IMG/VR virus record: IMGVR_UViG_3300031715_000002
Coordinates: 1 to 64,000 of that record
Reading direction: 5' to 3' (one strand)
Length of the DNA: 64,000 nucleotides
Source of the DNA: a virus
Positions 49,881 to 59,599 of this stretch are shown in pieces. Position 1 is the first letter of the stretch. Each line of letters opens with the position of its first letter. The position numbers and the translations under genes were made by a program. The notes under the pieces were generated by a model, which worked only from the letters and a program-made list of their open reading frames with translations, was not told where the DNA came from and searched no databases.

Positions 49881-50324
49881 TCATATTTTTACCCCCATCA
49901 ACGCCAACTCCACCAGTGGCTCCCGGTGGTCACACTGCCCCACAGCCCGGCACACGGCACATGGCCGCTTGTAGGCAATCGCCAGCAGAGTCTTAACCCG
50001 GTTGGCCTGTAAAACGGCAGGAAGCGGGCTTTCCGTTCTCTCTGTGGGCATTGGGCGCGGCTTAGGCTCCTCCAATACCACCGGAGGGCCTACCGCGGCC
50101 TGGTGACAGTGGTAATGTACTACCGAGTGATCTATCCGCAGCGCTTCACTGGTGTCCCGCTGAGACAACCCCATGCTGCGTAACTGCTGGCACGCATCGC
50201 GGCGGGCGCGGGTGACTCTGCGCGAGCGTGCCCCTTGCAATATCGCGGATGGCAGCACGTTGTTGCGCCTGGCAACTGCGGCGATGATGCGCTCAACGCG
50301 GGACCGGGAAAGGCGGGTGGTCAT
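49881..50324 (-). CDS. DnaA C-terminal-like HTH protein
   Basis: RSRRVTRAR..LS..RIDHSVVHY. Confidence 0.6.
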   Translation of the reverse strand: MTTRLSRSRVERIIAAVARRNNVLPSAILQGARSRRVTRARRDACQQLRSMGLSQRDTSEALRIDHSVVHYHCHQAAVGPPVVLEEPKPRPMPTERTESPLPAVLQANRVKTLLAIAYKRPCAVCRAVGQCDHREPLVELALMGVKI

Positions 50325-50935
50325 TGTGCCGCTACCTCCGCTGTAGGTGCTTTGCGGGTGGCGGCATCGTATTGCTGAATACCCCAGACGATTGCATAGA
50401 GGCACCACAATAAGTGATAGGCGTACTCTTTTCCGTCTGGCAACTCGCAAGTGTCAAACTGAAACCCATCGTGCTTGAAGTCCCGAGCCGCTATCAGCAG
50501 ATCTAGCTTACAGTCTTGGCAAAGCACCTCATCCCGTAGCGCTTCCATGACAGATTGCAACCGATCTCCTTCAAGGTCATAGTATTCAGTTAACTGGGCA
50601 ACGAGGCGCTGCTTAAATAATTCCTCGGAGAATACCTTAGCCCCGTCCCTGCCGCCGTGCGTTCCATGCTGAAGTTTTTCAGCCCAATAGCTCGCATTGA
50701 TGCGCAGTTTGGAATCGCGGAAGAATGAGAACATGTCTGGCAATCGCGCGAATGTCCAGCACCCCATGTCGGCTGCGATTGTGAGAAACCCAGGCCACGT
50801 CACAAGATCGAACCACATATTCCAGTGATTGTCTGGACGCTTAAACTTGATGTGCCGATAAATCCCGCTATCGAGCAAAATGTTGATCTTGTGATCCCGA
50901 ACATCGCGCAGGAAATCTTCAGGGGTTATGCTCAT
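50321..50935 (-). CDS. Conserved phage hypothetical protein
   Basis: FDLVTWPG.L.I..DMG.W.F.RL.DMF.FFR. Confidence 0.75.
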   Translation of the reverse strand: MSITPEDFLRDVRDHKINILLDSGIYRHIKFKRPDNHWNMWFDLVTWPGFLTIAADMGCWTFARLPDMFSFFRDSKLRINASYWAEKLQHGTHGGRDGAKVFSEELFKQRLVAQLTEYYDLEGDRLQSVMEALRDEVLCQDCKLDLLIAARDFKHDGFQFDTCELPDGKEYAYHLLWCLYAIVWGIQQYDAATRKAPTAEVAAQ

Positions 50936-51501
50936 CGCGCAACCTCTTTCTCAGGCGACAATGCCGGATTAGAACAAATCAATCTGATGTGATGCCAGTA
51001 TTCCGCTGTAAGCCAATGGAAGCGCTGCGCGCTGTACCGACGAATGTCCAGCATTCCCAAATGGCCGTCCGAGGCAAAACCCTCAACCGCTCCAACCACT
51101 TCGGCCCCCGGTAGCATTTGTGCTGTGGGATCATGAATCAGGTGCATCCATGCTATTCCAGAGACCAGAATCAATTTGGAGCACTCCAGGCAGGATGGAG
51201 CCATACTCGCGCAAGGCTTGTTGTCCCTCATCTTCACGTGCAACATCCATGATCCTGCTAGGCGTTCGAGAGCGGCGATTATTGCCGCCTGTTCAGCATG
51301 AATCGCCGTTTTTCCACAGTTCCGTTTACATCGGTCGCTGCCATCACACTCAAACGGCCCTGGCTGATGATTGTACCCATGGGAGATGAACCGATTATCA
51401 GCGGAGGCAATGACCACTCCACGCTTGCTTTGACATGGCGAGTACGCCGCCGTTGAGAGAGCATACGGGACCCAAGAAGCAATTTGGGATTCGGTACTCA
51501 T
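50932..51501 (-). CDS. dCMP deaminase-like protein
   Basis: GYN, HAEQAAI, CLECSKLI. Confidence 0.8.
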   Translation of the reverse strand: MSTESQIASWVPYALSTAAYSPCQSKRGVVIASADNRFISHGYNHQPGPFECDGSDRCKRNCGKTAIHAEQAAIIAALERLAGSWMLHVKMRDNKPCASMAPSCLECSKLILVSGIAWMHLIHDPTAQMLPGAEVVGAVEGFASDGHLGMLDIRRYSAQRFHWLTAEYWHHIRLICSNPALSPEKEVAR

Positions 51502-51875
51502 TTCGCCGCCTCTTTCTCCGGCGACCACAGCGCCTCTTGCGGCTCATCGCCATTGCAGGCGCGACCGTCGCTCAATCTCTCTCCCCAGATCCAACGATTA
51601 ACGTACCAGACAAATGCTATCGCCGCATCGCCAGCGTGGCCGGTGGCTTCATCAATTGCGGCTTCCAACCCGTTGCGCGGCGGCACATGGCCAGTCTCTT
51701 TGCTGAACTGCGCAACAATATCAGCATCCTGCGCGGCGAAGTTCAGGCAACCGTACCACGCGGGCAACACGATCTCACTAGTTGGCATCAGCGCGTGAAT
51801 GCGCTCTTGCACAGAGGCAACGGATTGCTTCGTGATGCGCCTTGGCGCACCAATGGCTTTTGACTTTTCCTTCAC
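51498..51875 (-). CDS. Hypothetical protein
   Basis: First gene after promoter and structured leader. Confidence 0.6.
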   Translation of the reverse strand: MKEKSKAIGAPRRITKQSVASVQERIHALMPTSEIVLPAWYGCLNFAAQDADIVAQFSKETGHVPPRNGLEAAIDEATGHAGDAAIAFVWYVNRWIWGERLSDGRACNGDEPQEALWSPEKEAAK

Positions 51876-52003
51876 TGGCTTCCCTCGGCCTCTCGATAAA
51901 CCGCGAGAGGGGCGGGTCGGAGGCCGAGGAAGGCGTTAAGCGATCCCTACCCCTCGTCCCGCAGTTTCACAACACCCAACGTGGCCTACGCTGGATATCG
52001 TGA

Positions 52004-52032
52004 ATAGTATTACGAATCCATTGTTAAGTCAA
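52004..52032 (-). promoter_or_regulatory. Sigma70-like promoter
   Basis: TTGACT-17-TACTAT. Confidence 0.65.
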
Positions 52033-52224
52033 TAACAAATTTCACAGTGTTGGCTAAGCCCCTGTACCCTTTGGCCAGCGGCGTTGCGGTTCCAACTCCA
52101 CGGCCTTTGTCGTCTGCCGTTTCACTGGCTGTGGCGGGTTGTCCAGCAGGGACAAGAGGGCCTTCATCTTTGCGCGCATCCGTGGGTAGTGGGCTACTTT
52201 CGATTCCCGGCAGCTTGAGCGGCT

Positions 52225-53225
52225 CGCCGTCTCCGTGAGTACGTCCAGCGCCGATCTCTGGAGCGGACCTTTACGGAAGTTGGCGTCGATATTGGCGTGG
52301 ACGAGAAGACCATCCGTAACATCTTCAACGAATACGTTGCGGATCTCGATGCAAAGTATTGGCCGCTCACGCCGAACTGGATTGGCATTGACGAACTGTT
52401 TCTCGTCCGCAAGCCCCGCTGCATCTTCACGAACGTCCAGCAACGCACCATCATGGACCTGTTGCCCAATCGAGATCAGGCCAGCGTTTTGAAGTGGCTC
52501 ATGCGGCGACAACTGCGAGAACTGGTGGAAGTTGTCACGATGGATATGTGGCGACCCTACCGGAACGCTGCGCTCGAAGCGATGCCGAACGCCGTGGTGG
52601 TCGTTGACAAATTCCACGTTGTCAAAATGGCGAACCATGCTCTCGATTCCATCCGCAAAGGTCTTCGAGACGGCATGGACCTGAAGGAACGCCGGAAGCT
52701 CCTGAGAAGCCGCCACTTGATCCTTCGCCGCCGCAAGGATCTCAGCGACAAAGACTACGCAGCGATGGAAGAGTGGACGAACGCCATTCCCGCACTGTTC
52801 GCCGCCTACCAAGCCAAAGAGGACTTCTTCGACATCTATGAGTGCAAATCGAAGGTCGAAGCGATGGAACTCTACGACACCTGGAAGGCTTGCCTGGACA
52901 AGCGAACCGCCGCTGCCTTCTTCGAGTTGATCCGAGCCGTGGATAATTGGCGTCCCGAAATCTTCAACTACTTCGATTTTCCAGGGGCCACCAATGCGTA
53001 CACGGAGGCCGCTAACGGCATGGCGAAGGTCGCCAATAGATTGGGCCGGGGATACTCGTTTGAGGCCATCAGAGCCAAGGTATTGTTCGGACAGGCCAAG
53101 CATATCAAGCGCCCCAAATTCGGAGAAACAGCGCTGGAAAGCGCTGACACCTACGGTGTGTCCCTGCCAAGTTTGATCGAGATGTTGGACGCAAATCATT
53201 CAGACACACTCAATTCCGAATAGCC
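52225..53225 (+). mobile_element. ISL3-related element copy 2: 5'-truncated transposase + terminal repeat
   Basis: IGIDE, MDMWRPY, DKFHVV, TNAYTEAAN..RGYSF; ends CACACTCAATTCCGAATAGCC. Confidence 0.9.
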
Positions 53226-53624
53226 GATCTGCGGATTCTTCGGAATCGACACCTCCCCGATCCACTCGAAGCCGCCCGCCTCGAACAGATCCACCACCGC
53301 CCCCCGGAAGTCCCGCCGCCCCATGTACCCGTGCTGATTCTTGTACCGAAGGAGCTGCTGGATGTGAATGCACACGTTCCGCCCCGGCTTCATCACCCGC
53401 AGCAGTTGGTGGATGAAGAACCGCATATGCAGCCCGAACTGCGACCCCCGCATATCCACCCCGTCCGGGTTGTTCCCGATATCCTCCGGCTTCCCCGAGT
53501 ACATAAAGAGCGCCCCGAACGGGATCGAACTCACCGTCAGGTCGATACTCTCCGGCTCCAGGTGCCCGAACATCGCCGGAATATTGTCCTCGTTCCAGAT
53601 CTGAGCGTTAATCCCCACAGACAT
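53226..53624 (-). pseudogene. DNA methyltransferase N-terminal half interrupted by ISL3 copy 2
   Basis: SIDLTVSSIPF..YSG..DIGN..LRVMKPGR; cut at IPKNPQI. Confidence 0.75.
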
Positions 53625-54798
53625 CCTCCAGGAATGGCTGTACCACGCCATCCGCAAACATCGGCTCCAACACTGCATCCCCCGCCGGTTCGGTACCATC
53701 CCACCCGCGCGGCCACGTATTCGCCTCAGTCAACTCACGAATCCGGGCTTCCTCCTCAGGGTTAATGAGGTCGATCTTCGGCTGCCCGACTTGCTCTGCT
53801 GCGTCGTTAATCTCCCCCTGCACACCCAGCACAGTAGACAACCCGAACTCGCGTGCCTCCATCGTCAACGGCCCGACCCTCTGCTGGTTTTGCGACAGCG
53901 TGCCATCCTTCCGCCGCTCGCCGCCCGCCTTACGGATGCGATGGGCGTGGTTGAAAGTCAGCTCCTCGTAGAGCGGCTTAAGCCGAAGAAGCGGGGCTAG
54001 GTAAGACCATTCCGGCCGCTCTACTACGCCGCGCAATGCCTTGTCTTGACTCGCCAGCGGACAACCGATACATCCGGTCCGTGCGTTGATCTCCACGGCC
54101 TCATCGCCGCCGTAGACGTTCGCCACCATCCGCGTCGGGTATTCGTGCTCCCCGAACATTAGCCAATCCCACACGTGGCATACGCGCCAGTGAAGCAACG
54201 GAGCCAAGGTATCCGCCACCGCCTCCGGAGTCGCCTCCTGGAACCATCCCTGCCCGCACTCCGCCCCATCCCGCGAGCAACTCATGATAATCCTGCTGTC
54301 GCGCGCCGCAGATTCCCCTAGCCGGACCCCCGTGAGCATCAGGAGCTTCTCGCCGGCGGTTTCCCGGAGTTCCTTGAGCGCGTTCAACATCGGCTCGATC
54401 TTGATCTGGCTGGTACACCAGCGAAATCGGTTCTTCGGCGGGGGAACCCCGCGGCCGAACATGTACACGAAGTAACGGTCGTCCATCGCCGGTAGAACCA
54501 CCCGCGCGCTAAAGCCCTTGCTCCGCAACTTCTCCATCATCCGCATCGCGGATACCTGGAGCGGTGGTATCTCCATCCGGGTGTCCGCATAAAGGATCGT
54601 CAGCGACTCCGGCCGTGGAATCACGCCACTCTCGATCAGGTGCGCGACAATCGTCACCGTCGCACTGGAGTCTTTCCCTCCGCTGTAAGCGATGGCCCAA
54701 TGCTTGAACCGCGGAGCGTACGCCCTCAGCGACTCCACCGTTAACTCGATGGATTTCGGTAGTGTCAGTCGCTCCGACTCGAAGAGATTTGCGTTCAT
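53608..54798 (-). CDS. PAPS-reductase family protein, DndC-like
   Basis: AYSGGKDS, RWCT..KIEP, GVR..ES..R, RTGCIGCP, GPLT.EAR. Confidence 0.88.
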   Translation of the reverse strand: MNANLFESERLTLPKSIELTVESLRAYAPRFKHWAIAYSGGKDSSATVTIVAHLIESGVIPRPESLTILYADTRMEIPPLQVSAMRMMEKLRSKGFSARVVLPAMDDRYFVYMFGRGVPPPKNRFRWCTSQIKIEPMLNALKELRETAGEKLLMLTGVRLGESAARDSRIIMSCSRDGAECGQGWFQEATPEAVADTLAPLLHWRVCHVWDWLMFGEHEYPTRMVANVYGGDEAVEINARTGCIGCPLASQDKALRGVVERPEWSYLAPLLRLKPLYEELTFNHAHRIRKAGGERRKDGTLSQNQQRVGPLTMEAREFGLSTVLGVQGEINDAAEQVGQPKIDLINPEEEARIRELTEANTWPRGWDGTEPAGDAVLEPMFADGVVQPFLEDVCGD

Positions 54799-55694
54799 GC
54801 CGCCATCCCCTCCAGCGCTATCTTGTAATAGCGCTCCTGCTCCTCCGCGTCCGCCTCGAAGTTCCCCGCCTTGCGCAGGATATTCTCCAGGATCGGCCCC
54901 TCCAGCTCCACGATGAACGGAATATGAATCCGCACCTCCAAATGGTTATGGATGGCGTAGCCCATCATCAGTACGAATGCCACGATCACAACAGCAACCA
55001 TCATCATTGCTTGCCTCCAGGCGGTATCAACCGCTCGCCTATCTCATCTGGCCTGTACCCGTGACTACGCAGTCCACAGCGTAGCCAATGCGTGCCGTTC
55101 CATTCGGCCACTTCCCAATCCTCCACGAAGCGGACCCAGTAGAAGCCGTGGGCTGTCATCATTCCTCGCTGTCCTGTGCTTCCAGAACGCCGATTTGCTG
55201 GCCGGCGATGAACTCGCGATGCTCTGCGGTGCCAGCCGGATACGGATTACTCTGATGCGATTTTAGTTCGGAACTGGGCCATTCTGCTTGCATGTAGGAA
55301 TAGTAAACCTGCTGGCGTGGGGTCATCGCCTTGAACTGCTTCAGTTTTACCGGACTCATAATTCCTCTTTCCGCTCTCGCAACGCCGTGATGATGCGGCT
55401 CGCCTCGGCAGTGGTCAATTCGTCCAGAAATCGGATGGTACGCCCCAACTCTTCGCTCATGAATGCCTTTCGCGCAGCGCGGTCGAACCCAAGATCGTTG
55501 AACAGGATCTCCAGATAGTTAATCTGTGGAGTCGTCGCATTCATACCCGTCCTCCGGGTCATCCCACGGTGCGCAGCCAAAAGCAAAGAACAGTCCGCAC
55601 TTTCGACACCGATTGCCGTAGTACTCCTCAATGAAGAAGCACTCGCCACCTTTGGCGCAATCTACGCCGCTATTACCTTCCGTGAGGGCACTCA

Positions 55695-55931
55695 TCACAA
55701 TGGCCTTTTGCGATGTGTCGCGCCAGCAAACATCCCCAAATCTGCCAACCTCACAGATGCAGCAAGCATTGGGACCTGAAACGCCTTGCAGAATGCCTTG
55801 AGAAAATCATCATCCACAAGGCTTACGCCTTCTGGGTAATGCTTTCTAATCCATTCAAGCACCAGTCTCTCAGGCATCAGTAAGCACATGGCGAACAGGT
55901 TAGCTTCGCGGTCTTGCTCTACGGTGCTCAT
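55695..55931 (-). CDS. ImmA/IrrE-like C-terminal fragment
   Basis: EANLFAMCLLMP..FQV...AA.VRL; no HEXXH. Confidence 0.5.
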   Translation of the reverse strand: MSTVEQDREANLFAMCLLMPERLVLEWIRKHYPEGVSLVDDDFLKAFCKAFQVPMLAASVRLADLGMFAGATHRKRPL

Positions 55932-56647
55932 ACCTGCACACACACTAAAGGCTGATTCTCGCTACCTCCAGCCTCTAGGAATAAACACGACTCGCGTCCT
56001 TTGAGGCGCACCGGACGACCAGCCGCTTTCTCTGTTTCCACCACTGCTTTGACTTGGGCCAATTTCTCTGGAGAGCGCCATTGCAATGCCAGAATCATCG
56101 CCGCTGGAAGATCCCGCTTGGCATCATCCTCGACCATATCGACAATCTCTTTGGCGAGTTCAGTCTTGAGTAACTTCACGTCTTCATCTGGCGCTCGACG
56201 CATCTGCTCGACGTAGACCTCAAAGGCCCGCCAGACCAAAAAAGGGACAGACTTATCTGCCATCATCGTTTTCAGTAGGCCTTCTGCGAACTGCCGGATT
56301 TGCTTTACCGGAGCGGCCAACATAGGAGTCAGCAATTCATCAATTCGCGCCTCATGCCTGTCGGCTTCGTCTTTATCGTGTGCGATAGCCAATCCGACAA
56401 AGACACGATGCCATTTCTCGATCATCTCTGTAACATTCATGGCCTTTTTCCTCTTGCGGCTAGGCTCCTTACATGCATAGAAGCAAATACAGCCGACCTC
56501 TCTCGCCCAATGAACCGGAGACGGATAACTCCGACTAGACACATTTAGCGCGTAGATAAACTTTCCAAAATCGTAGCAACTGAGTACGAGCGTTCGCACG
56601 CCTTCGGCAGGATCAACCACCGATGTAGGTATATGCGGACCACTCAT
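55928..56647 (-). CDS. Hypothetical protein
   Basis: Long co-oriented ORF; start uncertain. Confidence 0.55.
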   Translation of the reverse strand: MSGPHIPTSVVDPAEGVRTLVLSCYDFGKFIYALNVSSRSYPSPVHWAREVGCICFYACKEPSRKRKKAMNVTEMIEKWHRVFVGLAIAHDKDEADRHEARIDELLTPMLAAPVKQIRQFAEGLLKTMMADKSVPFLVWRAFEVYVEQMRRAPDEDVKLLKTELAKEIVDMVEDDAKRDLPAAMILALQWRSPEKLAQVKAVVETEKAAGRPVRLKGRESCLFLEAGGSENQPLVCVQV

Positions 56648-56897
56648 TTCGCTCTCCCCTTCCACCTCGGAGTGGCCGCCGCCAACCACAACAGACCAGC
56701 GAGACGCTTCTGCCACTCTACTAAGGATTTGTCAGCCCAGTCTGCCGTATTCTGAATAGCACTCTCTACCGTATCGCCACATGAAGGAAAGGCAACGAGA
56801 AATACACGCTCCCAGAAATCGCGCTCCATTCCCCTCATAGTATCCGCAGCGCGAAGTGTCAATAGCGTTTCCTCAAAATTCATTTCGTTACTCTCCA

Positions 56898-58289
56898 TTA
56901 CAAATTGACGATATGGAAATCGGAATCCGAGAGTCGCGAGATAAACCACTGCAACCCGGTTTGCTTCGCAGCGGCAACGAAGCTATCAAAGTGCGCCGTG
57001 TCCAAGCATTCCAGCCCGTCTGCGCACACGATGCCTAAATCTTTCGCGCGCATCGCGCCGATCTTAACCCAGAACTGCGTGCGCCGCTGCGTGTTGATTT
57101 CCGAGAGCGGTACGCCGTTGAGGTAGGGCACGCCGGCCTCGACCTTCAGCCCTGGTATCGGCAGATTCTTCATCAGGTCTTCGCGGATGGCGTCCACATG
57201 AGCTATTGCCGCTGTCATGAGCGTAGATTTCTTTTCGAGCAAGTCTGCCACGCGCTCAGCCTCTTCAGCTATCTTGACGGTTTGTGCGGCCCGCTGTTGG
57301 CCCTCGGCGTTCTTACGCGCTTCAGCCTGTTCAGTTATCAACCGCTCGCGCTCCGGTCGCGTGTCGTCTTCCAGTTGCTTCAGCGCCGCCTGATGTTCGG
57401 CCATCAGGGTATCGACCGCAGATTGCGCCAGCGCCTTAGCAGCATCGGTACGCTTTGTGCGCTCCGCTTCCAGCAGCCTGATCTGCGCGTCTATCTCTTT
57501 GTCGATGGTTTCCTTTTCAGCGCGTAGCAACTCGGAGATATTCATCCGCGCTCCAGCCGTGTGCTTCTCGGCCGCAATGCGCGTCTCGGTTTGCTTGCTG
57601 GCAAGCGCTTGGATTTCCTCTTGGATGGCTTGTGCCTTTGCGCCCCAATCGACGCCATTCTGGGCTTCTGGGCCGATGGACTCACGCAACTGCTGTCCGT
57701 TAATCTTCTTGCTCTTGGCCTCCCGGTTCACATCCGTCCGGAGATCGTAGACGGTATTCGCAACCAACTTGAGAGCGTCAAGCGCCGGCAATTTCTCAGC
57801 CTTCTTGAGCGCGGCATTGACCTCCGGCGATGCCACATCGGCTACTGCGGCAATGAGCTTCGCCTTATCCAGCGTGAGCGGGATAGTTTCCAAGATAATC
57901 TCAGCCTGCCGCTCCTCACTGGCATTCATCGCCTGCCCAATTGGGTCGATGGAAACCGAATCAAGTATGGATTCCAGAAACGTAGCGGGCGCCCCGAGCC
58001 TACCGGCTGAACTGCTCTTGATGCTGATGGCCTTTGCTTTCCCAGGCTCGAACGACCTGCGAATCTCCCAAGTCTCGCCCTCGTCTTCGATGACGGCGCG
58101 AATCTCGCCGCTAGTAGCGCCAGCGCGGAGCATACGCGGTTGCGCCTTGCCGAAAAGGCCAACAACCAACTGGATTAGGCTTGTCTTATTCGATCCATTT
58201 TTGCCAAGAGCCGCGACACACTCCCCGCATTCGAGAGAGAACGTCTCGAAGCCTTTTATGTTGCTGGCGGCGAGTGATTTAATCCTCAT
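56898..58289 (-). CDS. SMC/Rad50-like AAA ATPase
   Basis: MRIKSL...NIKG, GKNGSNKTS, long coiled coil, ADGLECLD. Confidence 0.85.
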   Translation of the reverse strand: MRIKSLAASNIKGFETFSLECGECVAALGKNGSNKTSLIQLVVGLFGKAQPRMLRAGATSGEIRAVIEDEGETWEIRRSFEPGKAKAISIKSSSAGRLGAPATFLESILDSVSIDPIGQAMNASEERQAEIILETIPLTLDKAKLIAAVADVASPEVNAALKKAEKLPALDALKLVANTVYDLRTDVNREAKSKKINGQQLRESIGPEAQNGVDWGAKAQAIQEEIQALASKQTETRIAAEKHTAGARMNISELLRAEKETIDKEIDAQIRLLEAERTKRTDAAKALAQSAVDTLMAEHQAALKQLEDDTRPERERLITEQAEARKNAEGQQRAAQTVKIAEEAERVADLLEKKSTLMTAAIAHVDAIREDLMKNLPIPGLKVEAGVPYLNGVPLSEINTQRRTQFWVKIGAMRAKDLGIVCADGLECLDTAHFDSFVAAAKQTGLQWFISRLSDSDFHIVNL

Positions 58290-58555
58290 GGCTTTCCTCC
58301 AGATGGAGCGCATCCAGGTCGTGGCCCAGTGTCTTCAATGACAGCCTTGAGCGTCCCGAGTACGGCGTTGCACCAAACGATACTGGCAGTGGCTTCCTCA
58401 TAGGCATGGCGACCCTTGACCGCATCCTCCATCACCTCTGAGCCAGTCCATGCAATGTAGTGAGTCTGAAGGCTGGCCATCAGTTCGTCCTTCAACGCCT
58501 GCTGTTTGGCGATGGCTTCGCGGATTTGGGATTCAGTTAGCATTAGTTTAACCAC
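58286..58555 (-). CDS. Hypothetical protein
   Basis: Overlap-coupled. Confidence 0.5.
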   Translation of the reverse strand: MVKLMLTESQIREAIAKQQALKDELMASLQTHYIAWTGSEVMEDAVKGRHAYEEATASIVWCNAVLGTLKAVIEDTGPRPGCAPSGGKP

Positions 58556-58557
58556 GG

Positions 58558-59037
58558 CTATTTAACAAACACTTGCTGCGGCACTGCCTCCGCAACGCGC
58601 TTCTGCTTCGCTCTCAGTTTGGCGGCCATCTTATAAGCTCGCCCTCCGATGTTGTTCATGGATGACCGCCCCTCATCTAGCCATCGGTCGCGCCACTGTT
58701 CTCGCTTGGCTGGATCGTCAATCAATTCCAGGCCAGCCTTGTACGTGCTGCGGTCCTGCTGATACCCAATCAGGCAGGACTCGAAGCATTTCGCCAACTC
58801 AGCCGATTTCTCTTCGGTGACGCGGGTTATCAGGGCATCCAGCGTGCAACCGAAGTGCTCTTGGCAGTATTCCTCGTGGCCTCCTAAAAGAAACAGAGGT
58901 ATCTCGATTGCCCCACCATCAATCGGCTTAAAGCCGTACTGGCCACTTCCGAGAAACAGGCAGGCCACTAGCGCCACGTCAAGTGATGGAGCCTCAATGG
59001 TGTATGGATCGCTTGGGTTAATGATTTCGTAGAGCAT
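58558..59037 (-). CDS. Hypothetical phage protein
   Basis: MLYEIINPSDPYT motif. Confidence 0.65.
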   Translation of the reverse strand: MLYEIINPSDPYTIEAPSLDVALVACLFLGSGQYGFKPIDGGAIEIPLFLLGGHEEYCQEHFGCTLDALITRVTEEKSAELAKCFESCLIGYQQDRSTYKAGLELIDDPAKREQWRDRWLDEGRSSMNNIGGRAYKMAAKLRAKQKRVAEAVPQQVFVK

Positions 59038-59057
59038 GGATTTTGCTATCTTCCGTC

Positions 59058-59240
59058 CCCGTACCCGGACCCGTACCCGTACCCGTACCCGTACCCGGAC
59101 CCGGACCCGGACCCGGACCCGTCCCCGGACCCGTCCCCGGACCCGTCCCCGTACCCGGACCCGGACCCGGACCCGTCCCCGTACCCGGACCCGGACCCGT
59201 ACCCGGCCCCGGACCCGGACCCGGACCCGTACCCGGACCC
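59058..59240 (-). repeat. Hexamer tandem repeat encoding a Gly-(Tyr/Ser/Asp) peptide (ORF 59046-59261)
   Basis: CCGGAC/CCGTAC/CCGTCC units. Confidence 0.9.
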
Positions 59241-59590
59241 TATTTGAAGTTGCGTAGGCATTTCTCAGACTCCTTCGAGCAAGGGATTATCTCGATCCTG
59301 CCTTGCACGAAATTTTCGGGCGCTTCAACCGACACCTTGCCGCCAGAGATACCAGATACGGCGATCTCAGTACAAGATAATGCCCCCTGCCAACTCCAGA
59401 TACGCCGTGTTTCCTTCAGTGTTACTTCTCCACCGTTTACTGCTGTGACGATGCCCACATGCACGCCAGCCGAGCAGCACCGCACGACACAGTATTTGCC
59501 GATAGCAGCGTGGTTACCGTTTTGCGCTGGCTGGCTGAAAAGCTTTGCCAATTCGCGCGCTTGTCCGATAGTCAGTTCGTCTATGTTCAT
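59240..59590 (-). CDS. DUF6948-like phage protein
   Basis: VVRCCSAGVHVG..RRIWSW..LS..EIA..G..EIIPCS. Confidence 0.7.
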   Translation of the reverse strand: MNIDELTIGQARELAKLFSQPAQNGNHAAIGKYCVVRCCSAGVHVGIVTAVNGGEVTLKETRRIWSWQGALSCTEIAVSGISGGKVSVEAPENFVQGRIEIIPCSKESEKCLRNFK

Positions 59591-59599
59591 AGGAATCCT

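Noticed and set aside
52054-53199. 381-aa minus-strand ORF
   Set aside because: Antisense shadow of the ISL3 transposase
39925-53225. Composite transposon bounded by the two ISL3 transposases
   Set aside because: The copies are diverged, both are truncated, and the surviving ends face the same way; intervening genes are ordinary phage genes
59058-59240. Repeat tract as CRISPR array, or plus-strand RT/PG-repeat ORFs as genes
   Set aside because: Hexamer tandem repeat with no spacers; the plus-strand frames are shadows
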